Notes under the pieces: generated by a model
What the model saw: only the letters and a program-made list of their open reading frames with translations
Told to the model about the DNA's origin: nothing
Databases searched by the model: none
From: Schmidtea polychroa
Lineage: Eukaryota
Assembly (NCBI GenBank): GCA_044892525.1
Contig: CM097887.1
Span: 18,724,001-18,788,000 of the forward strand
DNA: 64,000 nucleotides
Direction: 5' to 3'
In this document: piece by piece, positions 52,052 to 63,427 of the stretch
How positions within the stretch are numbered: position 1 is the first letter of the stretch
Layout: each line of letters starts with the position of its first letter
Made by a program: the position numbers and the translations under genes

Positions 52052-53168
52052 ATATGAAACACCAATTTTTGTATTGAAATTGTAGTGCCTTCGCCTTTTA
52101 TCAAAAAATGGAAGATCTTTTAAAAATTCAAGAAGATGAAGATTCCAATATTTTACAGACTTCATGCTTCAAAGTCGAATAAATTTTGGATCGATTGTTG
52201 TGTTTTCAATTCCCTGTAATTGGTGTCAGAAGTGAAATTCGGTGGGGGATATTTTAGTGCCTTCGCTTTAAATATATGTATATATATATATTTGCATTTT
52301 ATTTTTGTTTAAATAAAATTAACAGATATATTTCAAAAATGTAAAAATTACATTTCAAAATGCAGAAAAAACCGCCAGATAGAACGCACCGAGAATACAA
52401 GAACTATTCAAATTGTGAAGAAGTACTTTGCAAGAAGCACCAAGCACAGTGTTTCGACCAGTCAGAGAGGGAATGTCACTCACCTCTGACTGGCAGTTTG
52501 TTTGACGTTTCCTTTTGTTTCGCGTCTGTGTGCGCGGTATGATTTGATCGAATATTGTTGGGGTGCGCACCACACGCGAGAAGTAGGTTGTTGTAATGTT
52601 TTTTTAATTAGATTTGGGTTTTAATTGGATTTAGAGAATTTTTTAGAGTTTTGGTTAGCTGAGTCAGTTTTTTCGAATTTTCTGGAATTGTGAATTTTTT
52701 GTACGATTATAATTATAATATGTAGTTCAACAGATATCAATATTAAATATAATTTTGTTAATTTTGTTCATCACTTATTTTCGGGGTAATATTAGTTTGG
52801 CCATTTAATTTTGGAATTCATTTTACTAACTTTGGCCTTTAAATTAATTACAGAGGACATTAATTAAATTACTCAGCATACTACCACGTACTAGCCCTTA
52901 ATATTATTACTTTGGGGAAAATCTTAATTAAAATGTTTATGAAATTTATTTGTAAAAATATTAAATTATTAAATTGCACTAGTATCAACGTTTGTTTTAA
53001 TAAGTGCATACAATTTGTTTCTACCATTTATAGTTGATTCAGAAAAAAATACAAGAAATGAACAACAGCGGTGATTATAAGCAGTTGGAAGAGTTCCATT
53101 CGGACGATGAATCATCATTGGTGAAAACAGGATGCCAAAAACACGAAGAAATAGAACTTTGTTAACTA

Positions 53169-55101
53169 TTGAGGTCTTTAAAAACAATGGAATGGCTGAA
53201 TAAAAACACAATCTGGACATTTCGTAATAGGTATGAAACTGAAGCAGGAAACAAAGAAGTTTATCGGTGTAATCAAGTAAAAAAAGTTGGCCAACAGTGT
53301 GACGAAGCCTTACAATTTCAATCCAACAGTCACAATGAAACTGTTATCCATTTTGAAACAACTTGCAAGCACAATCATGATGAAATTTTGAAAAAACAAG
53401 AAAAAATTGGAATTAACGAAGTCACCAAAGATTCCATTAAAAAACAAGTTGAACTTGGAATCAAAAAGCCAAAATCAATCAGTGCTAATCTTGGAAATGA
53501 ACTTCTTACAAATCCTGGAATCAAAGTCCCAAATGACCGCCAACTTCACAACTTTATGCAGACATTAAAAAGTCCAATCAAAAGAGCATGAATTTTGGCC
53601 AACTATTGAATCAATATGCGTATGTCCCTGATCCTGATGAACCTGACAAACCATTATTCTACATCAACTAAAAATCAGCAGTGAGGATGACCATGAAACA
53701 TTTCCATCAAATAAATTTAACTATCCAATTGAAAAGGAATCATTTCGGTTTTTTATTACAAGGCGTCTGTTGTCAATTGCAGCAACATCAAAGTTTATCC
53801 ACGCCGTAGGCACCTACAAATTAATCTGGAACAATTTTCCAGTCCTCATTTGTGGCATAAGTGACAAGGACAAAGTCTTCCATCCATTTGGAATTGCTGT
53901 ATGTACCAACGAAAAAAACATGATTTCCAATTTATGTTTGAAAGTCTACAAGTTGGTCTTGAATTGACTAGACTGCCAAAATTGCCAACTGATGGATCGA
54001 TAGCCCTGATTGCTGATGCAGCACATGCTATCACAAATGGTTTCAAAGCAGTCTTTTCCTTTGAGTCAGACTTCAAGCGTCGAATGTGCTGGTTTCACAT
54101 GAAGAAAGCAGTTGACAAGCCCTTGTCTATTTTAGCTGACAAAGATCTACAAGAAGCCATGTTAAAAGACATAAACGTATTGCAATTAGCAACCTCCGAA
54201 CATCAATTCAATGTTGCCACCAAGTTGTTCATTCAGAAATACAGCTCAAATCAAAATGTTAACATGAAAATGTTTCTCCAATATTTCAACAATGAATGGT
54301 TTGTCCGCCATGTTGGCTGGTATGAAGGTTATTTAGAAGATAGTCCTTCAACAAACAATGGCTTAGAAGCAATCAACAGTACTCTCAAGAAAGAAGAAAC
54401 ATTAGAATACCATTAGGCGAATTCCTTACAAAAGCAGTTGGAGTTACCGAAAGCTGGTCAGAAAAACGAGATCCTAATTCACCCAATCATCCAAAGATTG
54501 TTGTCAATGAACCAACCATACATACAAAAGATTTCACAGCAGCATACAATTGGTTAAAAGAGACTGTTATCATTCAGAAGAATAGGATTAGGTTCCAGAA
54601 GTTCTTTTTCAAAAGCCAAAAATCAACTTTTCAGGCTAACAGTACTTCAGTCCAGAAATATTGTGATGCAATCAGATCATCAGATTTTGAATCATTTGAC
54701 CAATATCATTGTACTCATTTCTCAATTTGGCAAGTTGAATTTCTGACAAATACAAACGAAAACAACTGGAAAAATGCTAGGTGTTCATGTCCTGCGTATC
54801 AAAAAAATTACATTTGCAAACATGTCATTGGTTTATCGACACGACTCAAATTTGTTACCATTCCAAATTCACCAAAGACTGTTCCCATTGGAGAGAAACG
54901 GAAAAGAGGTCGTCCAAGTCTTGCATTGAAGGCTTTGGAGTATCAACCAATCAAACAACAACTCAAATCAAAACCAAAACTTTGCTCACAAATGTAGACC
55001 AAGGACCCCCAGAATATGATTCAGATATTCAACCAGCCAAAAGACGCCGTGGAAGACCGCCAAAGAAATTGGAATGTATCGAAAAGTCACAAAAGTGTTG
55101 A
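53169..55101 (+). mobile_element. Mutator-like (MULE) transposase pseudogene with SWIM finger and AT-hook-like KRGRP
   Basis: IHAVGTYKL (first D mutated), LIADAAHAI, RRMCWFHMKKAV, STNNGLEAINSTLK, CSCPAYQKNYICKH; several frameshifts; TIRs not identified. Confidence 0.85.
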
Positions 55102-56900
55102 ATCCTTTAAAGTTTGCTTTAATTCTATAATTTGTTTTATTATGCATTTATAGCCTGAATAAATTCATGAAATATATTTTTGTCATTTGCAATAGAACTT
55201 ACTTCACTGATGACTTTAAATAACCCTTATTTGCTTAAAAATCAAGACCTCATTGATGGAAGTGGTTATTGTTATAGCGATCATTGTTTCTACAAACTCC
55301 ATTACAGTGGAAGCTGCTTAATATGATCACTTTGGGACAGAGTCAAACTGATAACATCAACCAATGAAAATAAAGCAAAAAAAAAACTTTTGGGGCATAA
55401 TTTTATCAGAAAAAGTGATAACAAAAGCCAACATAATAATATTAACTGTGATTGAAAAGGTACAACTGGTCGAATTATGATAAAAACACAATAGATTGAA
55501 AAGATTTGACCAGTTTGACTTTATTGTGCAACTGTTTGAAATTCTTCCTGTTCGAATCTCATTATTATTCACTCATTATCAAATAATAGAATGTAAATTT
55601 ATCAACTTACTTTCTAAATGCTGCTAGTGGCCCAATATCTTCTCGGATTTATACAATTTGATGGAGTTTTTATTTTACTTTTATTTACTCATTAATAAAT
55701 TTTTTAGACTGGCTACAGCTATTTGACCAGTTTGACTTTTAATTTTATATTTAAAATTAGACATAAATAAATATATTAAATAATATATATAAATATCTTA
55801 ATATAAATAATATTAATATAATATAAATAAAATATAAATAGCTTAAATAAATATATATTATAAATAAAGAAACAGTTTTTATAAATTTGTTAAAATAAAG
55901 AAAAAGGGAGAAGGTCGATAAAGAAGAATATAAATGAAGCTCGTCAATAAAATTTGTTTTATCAATTCAGAAGAAACTTTTCATCCATCACAAGTATCGT
56001 ATCCAAATCATTATCACCTTCGAATGGGATTCAATATTAACATAGCAATTTTATAATTAATAAATTTTCACTGTTATTACAAGGTTGTCAACTTAAAATA
56101 AGCATGTTCAAGTTTAATTTAATCATCTTAAAAATTAATTTAATCGCTGAATTCATCACATGAAAAAAACAAATTTTCAGTGAGAGCAGAATAAACAACA
56201 ATGAAAGGGCATTATTAATAAGTAAGTATAATAAAAATTGCCGAAGATCTCGAAATAAATTAAAAAACAACTGGAAGAACCCAGAGAAAAAATTCTTACA
56301 CCAGCGGTCTTGGATTTGATTGGAAATGAAATCGATAATTCTATTGGAGCTTTAAAAATTAAATTAGCGGCAAACTTAAAAATTAGATGTTCTGTTACAA
56401 TTATCGATAATGTCCTAGCGTTCATAGTGACGTTCAAAATTTTATCTTTGGTATTGTCTTAATTCATTTGGAAAGGTGTTATCTTCATTCATTTCTGACG
56501 GGCTAGCCCTCCAGATCGTTTTTGCGTAGACATTTGTTAAACCTTCATTGTAGAAATCTCTGAACCAACTTTACCAAGATCGGGATCTATCAGTGTTTCT
56601 CGTGTGCGGACAAGAATGCGGCCATGAGGCAAAGAATGAAAGAGGCGACCAAAAAGATATTGCGATTGGAGCACTCCAGAGACAGTCTGCTGGAATTTCA
56701 ACCTACAGTTTTGATGAATTGCAACCTACATTGCTGAATGGGGCAAAACTGACTCACCTGTTAAATTGTTCGTGTCTGTTATTTTTCGTGTTCTATTTTG
56801 TCTCACATTTGTTTTTGTCAATCATCTATCGTAATATATATCAATCATACTGCTTCCTGTCATACTGCTTCCAGTTATACTGCTCCTTGTCATACTGCTC

Positions 56901-59576
56901 TAGGGAGTCCATTATCGGTTTTACCGTTACCAAAAAACCGGTATTACAGAACATTACTCATTACCGAAATACTGATTTACCGAAGACTAATTACCGACAA
57001 TTTCGGTAATGAAATATTAAATTATTTAGAAGTATTAGGTATTAGGACAATTCATAATTTATACAATTTTGCATTTGCTTTGTGCTATTTATAAATCTCG
57101 TTTGCTCAATAAGAAACGGAACGAAATGGAACAGAATGAGAAGACCAACGGAAATTCAAAATCTGTTTGAAAAAAAATTATCTAGTGTGCTTTGTAATAA
57201 AAAGTGTTTTTAAAATATTATTAGATTTTGTTTTGCTATTTATTTCTATTTGTTGTTTACATCAAACAAGAGAAGACCAATAATTTCAATAAACTTTCAT
57301 TTCAAAATCTGTTTAAAAAAAGTGTGTGTAGTAATAGTAATAAATTTAGTAACGATTGACAATATTGGTAAGTATTATTTTAGACTTTCAAACTATCAAT
57401 GTTAAATTTAATGTTGTTATAACTATTTTTAATCCCCACAGCAGCTATGAATACTCAAGATCAGGAATTTGAAAAAACCAATAAGGCCTATGATAAAAAT
57501 TCTGTGTGGAACTATTTTTAAAATAAACATGTGGGTAAATGTAATCTTCCAAGATGTGGTAAAGTAATCACATGTGGTGGCGGTAGTACTAGTGCATCTA
57601 AAAACATTACATAATATAATTTTGGCAAAAAAGGTGCAGTACCAGAAACCGATATTGACAGCCAAAAAAACCCCAATGATGGAAAACCTACATATTCTCA
57701 ATATTTTGATACCAAAGTTGATAATTCTCTGCCGGCAGTTCTTTCTCGCCTCACATCCCTTGATGGAATAACTTTCAATGCAATTTGTAAGTCAGTTGAC
57801 TTGAGAAAAGGATTTTTAGTATCAGATATACCTAAATCCAAAAGTGGCGTCTCGAATAACATTAATTGTTATAGTACAAAAATTCGACAACAGTTCAAAA
57901 ATGAATTTGTGCTATTAAAAAAAGAGAACCAAAAATTCAATCTAAGTTTTGATGAGTGGACATGAGTTCGCAATAAGAGATATATGAATCTCAATGTTCA
58001 CTCAGTCAATAGAACATGGAATTTAGGACTAAGTCGAGTAAATGGAACTATGCCAGCTGAGAAGTGTGTCGAAATTATCAATTCTAAACTACAAATATTT
58101 GATTTATCCCTGCAATCTGATATAGTTGCGATTACAACGGATGGCGCATCCGTTATGAAGAAAGTAGGTGATATTATACCAGCAGATCATCAAATTTGTT
58201 TAGTGCATGGGATTCAGTTAGCCGTAATAGAGGTTATGTATTCCCGTCGAGAAAATGAAGTAGAAAATTCAGCACACGATGATGTTGATGACGACGAGTT
58301 TGATGAAATTCCAATAAGAGATAATGAAAAACAGGAATTGGAATTAGGTTTACGAATAGAAACAACTAGTAATCAGTCCAAATTGTTCCACCGCTAATCC
58401 TAGATAAAATTAGAAAAGTTGTGAAAATTTTTCGACGGTCACCTACGAAAAACGACGACCTTCTACAAAAGCATGTTAAAGAAGAATTCGGGAGAGAATT
58501 AATTGCCCCACTAGGTGGAATAGTCTACTTTTAATGTTAGAACGATTCTATAAATTAAAGAGCTGCGTTCAAAAAGCCTTAATAGATGGGAGAAAAGAGA
58601 TTAATTTCTCATCCAATGAATTCAAAATAATTTCAAATATAATATCTGCTCTAACTCCAATAAAAATAACAGTTGAGAGTTTATGCTGTGCGAACACCGA
58701 TTTATATAAGGCTGATATAGCTTTAGAATTTATGTTTGAGGAACTTTCAAAGCAAAATTTCTCACTCAGTAATGATCTTAAAAATGCATTATCGAGACGC
58801 ATCTATGAGCGGCGGTTTGTATATGCGGACCTTTTTCGCTTTCTTCATATACCTAATGTCCGGAATTTAAATAGCGAGGATTATGGAATTTTTGACCAAC
58901 TCTCAAAAAATTCTTTAATATCCCAAATTGTTAACCTGCTAGAATGTTTATGTGTTAGCGAAGAAATATTGGACACAATTTCAGATTCAGATACGGAATT
59001 AATTGCTGATGACGAAATGGAAATGGAACAGCAACCAGTAGAACCTAGAATTCACAAAAGAATTCTAAAACGATACACACAACAAACATCTCAACTACCA
59101 CAAAAAAAACCCAAGAAGGATTTAATAAAATTAATTCGCGCGGAAGTAAAGTATTTTGAAAGTGAAGGCATCAAAGGGAAACATTTAAGCATCGTACATA
59201 ATTATTTAAATACCGTTAGGCCCACAAGCGTCGATGCTGAAAGGGCTTTTTCCGCTGCAGGATTGCTAGTTACGAAAATCAGATCAATGCTTTGCGACAA
59301 AAGCGTCGATAATTTATGTTTTTTGAGATCGTATTTTCAAAATATAAAATAATATATTTTTCTATTAACTAATGAATTTTAATTTCTTTCTTTTAATTTT
59401 TTAAATTAAAAAACAAATGAATTAATATAATACTTTACTGAATTTTATTTTATTAAGATTAATTTACGTTCCCTGTTTAGGGAATATTGTCTAGCTCAAT
59501 TACCGAAAATTACCGATATTATCGGTTTCGAACCGGTTATGAAGGAAGTGCTTCGGTATTGGCTTTCGGTAAGCCA
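56901..59576 (+). mobile_element. hAT (Ac/Tip100-like) transposon with BED finger and frameshifted transposase (57470-59352)
   Basis: SVWNYF..CNLPRCGK BED finger, LSFDEWT, ITTDGASVMKK, CLVHGIQLAV, RPTSVDAERAFSAAG..RSML dimerisation motif; subterminal TACCG/CGGTA repeats at both ends; CATACTGCTC on both flanks. Confidence 0.82.
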
Positions 59577-60963
59577 TACTGCTCCCTATCATACTGCTCC
59601 CTATCATACTGCTCCATATCATACATTCAATTAGATATCAGTCCAATTAGATACCAGTGCAGCCCCTATTAAAAATTATACCTTATCATATCTGAAGAAG
59701 TCTATAACAGAGACTCGGGGCAAGTCGAATAATAAGTTTGTTGTGAGTATTGCAAGCCTTCCAACCCAAAGAAAGAAAGAGAAAGCTTTAGTGAATGAAG
59801 GGTCTAGAACCTCTCCCCTTATGCCTTAACTGGCCTTGTTATATAAAAATAAAACTTTTTTTTGTTTGACAATCGGTCAATCACATCGAATACCAGCTCC
59901 CGGTCAAAGAGAAAACGACTCACCCACGCTGAACGCTCTACACGCTAACAACGAAATAGCCGTCGTGGAGGCTACTCTGTTCGCAGCTCCTCTATTAGCC
60001 CAACTGGGGGTAACGGCGATGCCGGTGGTCACTCAGCCACCTTCCTTTAGAATAGTGCCAGCAACTGTTACTCCATGGGCTTATGACGCGCAACTGGAAG
60101 CCGATTTTGAAATGTGGTGTGGCGCTAACATATATTGTATCGGTATTTTTTATTTATTTTTCTTTTGATGCATTCTCGTAAGTGTTGGGAGTGGCTTAAT
60201 CAGTGGTATGAATGTGGATGTGAAAATTATGATTTGGATTCGCAATTTGGATTCTAGTAGTATCATTCAAATTAACAAAAGTTGATAAAAACAAATAAAT
60301 TAGTTTTAGAAATAAAAATTTGACAAAAGAATTTAGAAAAAACAATATTAAAATGAAAATTAACTTTAATTTAGAATGTTCTGGAATTGCCCAAATCCAT
60401 CTAAAATCGCCATTAAAATTATCAAAAATAGAAAAAATTTTAGAAAACATATGGAAAATGATATCGGATCTTGTCTATGAGGGTTTACAGCCTAAAAACA
60501 ACAAAGATTTGGAACAAAAGATATGGCATGCAGTCGGTGAGATTAACCAGAGAAAAAGATTGGTGGTTGTGGATTTATTTAAAACATTTAGATGTAGATT
60601 AACTAAGGTCTTACGTTGTAACGGAAATATAATAAATTGATAAGGTTTTCTATTTCAATTCGCGAGGTATAAATAAATTTCGCCATTAAAATTTTAAACA
60701 TATTTAAAAATGAGTCATATAAGTTACATTATTTAAATTATTGATACGTTTAGACACTTTATAAGACAAAATAAGTAAAAAGAATAGTTACATTAAGTTG
60801 TAATCACTGAATGGTCATAGCTCATTTATATATTTAAGTTTTTCATAAGTATAATTAAATTTCGCCACCACTATATTCATATTATAACTGTTATTTTGTT
60901 ATTATATTTCATTATATTGATTATTTCTTTGTCTTTTAATATATTTAATTCTGCTATTACGTA

Positions 60964-61294
60964 ACAAGAGTGGCCAGCGTCGTCGTGGGCGGGTTGTATT
61001 CACGACGCTGATCAGCCTTGTTTCTAACTAGTAGTCTACATGCACAAATTCGGGTCTACGACTCTACATGCATTAAAATTTCAATTTTTTAACCGGAGGT
61101 CGCCACGAACAAATGGTTTCTAACCAGAAGTAGGGCGGGTAAATCCATCCCGGTAGTTGGCATAGTCATAGGGACTATGCGGACGAAATAAATTTTTGGA
61201 TAGTAATCGCGGGTAAATAACAAAATAGGGCCTATCGTACCGTATTCAGTTGAATCGGGAAAGTATGTAAATTTTAATTAATTCGACCTTTCAG
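60964..61294 (+). ncRNA. RNA-2 structured motif, copy 2
   Basis: Colinear with 41978-42308; substitutions fall mainly in loops, and most helices are retained (GGGTC/GACTC wobble, CATAGTC/GACTATG). Confidence 0.55.
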
Positions 61295-61712
61295 TAAATT
61301 ACATACATAAAATGAACACTCAACTATTCTATAGGAAACACATCATTAGGAAAATGTAAACGGGAAATATCCCAGACCTAATATATTATAAAGGCAAAAT
61401 CCAAATCCATCATGGACGTCGAATTAACAGAAAATAATTAAAAAATAAAAATTTAAAAATAAAAACAAAAATTATAGCACAAAAATTGCCATTAAAAATA
61501 GCAAAATAGAAAATTCTGGAATAAAAAGAATTCGAGTTTGTTTTAATGCATCGAATAAAGTATTTTCCTTTTGTTTTGTTTTGAAAATCTATTGATAGAT
61601 GGGGAGTATAAAGATGCCCTAGTGGAAGGCGCTAATATTAATTCATAAATTTTACTATTTATCTGTCTTAATTTTCTTTTTGGGTAGAGGAATCTAATGA
61701 ATTTCCTTTTAG

Positions 61713-62122
61713 TGTATAAATTAATGGAAAATCTACGCAAGGATCGGAAGCAGGCCCAACAACAAGCCGACGAACTCAGAATCCGGGTGGACAAATTGAA
61801 AGGAAAATGTCGGGAATTCGAGGGGACCTGATTTAGTCCCGAAGCAATGAAGAAGAAAACAACCCAGATCCTTCAGCTGCAGGCACAGGCCGCACAAGAC
61901 CAAATGGAGATCCGTGCCCTGAAACTACAAGTGCGGGCGCTCGAAACAGAGCGAAACGAGCAGTTGGTGCAGGAGGCCGTGGCACGACAAATACGGCCGC
62001 TGACCGTCGAACTGGCAGCGATATATCCCCCAGCTGCTGAAAGTAAGCCTAAACGAAAGCGGCTTGGACGGAATATCCGGGAGAAATTGAAGAAGGCCAG
62101 GTTGGCCGAGTACGAACGGTAA
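61713..62122 (+). pseudogene. ORF-B family member with one premature TGA (GT*FSP for TWFPP)
   Basis: YKLMENLRKDRKQAQQQADELR..KCREFEGT*FSPEAMKKK..LQAQAAQDQMEIRALKLQVRALE. Confidence 0.75.
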
Positions 62123-62344
62123 ACAAATTCAGCGCAAGCGTCAACGACGGAACCAGTCTGCTCCGCCAGCAAGCCGATCTGAACTGTTACGAAATATTGT
62201 TGTGTACATATTTGGTAGTGTCTTGTATATTACTGTAGTATTAAATTAATACATGGTTTGTAGTAGTAAATTGATACCTAACATATTTTGTGATTGCCTG
62301 AGAAATGAGAGTTTGTGAGTAAGGTTGGGAAAACAATTCTGATA

Positions 62345-62566
62345 AGGGACCTGAGAAATCGGGGACACACCTTCTAACGGTAGTCCGTGAACCCATAGAG
62401 TACTCGACAATTATAGTGCCTTGATGTGCTCACTTTTTGCGAGTACTCCTTGGTACAGTACCAACGTTGATTACTCAACGGGTACCAAGCGGAAAAATAA
62501 TGTTGTATTCTGGGTTACGCTGGTAACAGCACTAACTAATAAACCTTCAACCACCAGTAACCCACC
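62345..62566 (+). ncRNA. RNA-1 structured motif, subfamily 1, full copy
   Basis: ACC-TTCTAAC-GGT; GAGTACTCG/CGAGTACTC; TTGGTAC/GTACCAA; CGTTGA-TTAC-TCAACG; TGGGTTAC..GCTG-GTAA-CAGC..GTAACCCA. Confidence 0.7.
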
Positions 62567-62639
62567 ACATCCAAACAATTTACAATTTTTTCTCAAGATC
62601 GCAGGATGTTCTAACAGAAATAAATTGTACGAGCAAACT

Positions 62640-63427
62640 ATTACAATCACAGAGCATGGATGTGAGATCAGCAGCTAGTGTGTTGAAAAAAACAACTGAA
62701 TTTTTGATTTCTCGTAATTCCGAAGTTTCTTTCGCTAAATATATTTCAGAAGCTAAAGTATGCGCTATAGATGCGGATTTGACTGATGATTTTAGTCCTT
62801 AGGTAGAAAATCAGATCCGAAAAAGAACGCTATTTTTTGGAGAGGAGCCAGAAGTACCCGAGTCCATTAATCCTAAAATGAAATTCAAAAGGAAATTTTT
62901 CGACGTATTATTTACAATAGCAATTGCTTCAATGAAAGAACGTTTTGAATCGTTTTCAAGTGTTATGAAACCTTTTGAACTTTTGTATGATATTAAAAAA
63001 TGTGATGAAATGGAGAACAATAAACTCAACAATGTAAATTATTAGAAACAGCATTAACTTATAAAGAAAGCAAAGATCTTGACGCAAATGAACTGCAAAT
63101 TGAGCTGAAATTGTTGTCTCGAAAAATTGAAGATGATACTAACCCAGAAAACATTTTGAAATGGATTTATAACTCTTTCCAAATGCACTGATTGCATTAA
63201 GAGTGCTATTAACTTTACCCGTCTCTGTTGCTAAAGGTGAAAGAACTTTTTCTAAATTAAAAATGATTGAAAATTATCAGCAATCAACTATGGGGCAAGA
63301 AAAATTGAATGGTTCGGCAATAATCTCCATTGGATCGGACATTGCCAAATCTATAAACTTAGATATGTTGAGAAAAGATTTCACTAAAATCAAATATTTT
63401 ATACAATATTTTTTGTTGTTTTATTAA
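62640..63427 (+). mobile_element. hAT (ZMYM1-like) transposase C-terminal remnant
   Basis: SMKERFESF, LLTLPVSVAKGERTFSKLKMIENYQQSTMGQEKL motifs; multiple stops. Confidence 0.8.

Noticed and set aside
59836-60168. GC-richer island with a 110-aa ORF
   Set aside because: Neither strand gives a convincing match to ORF-A/B or a known domain; likely another decayed TE fragment.
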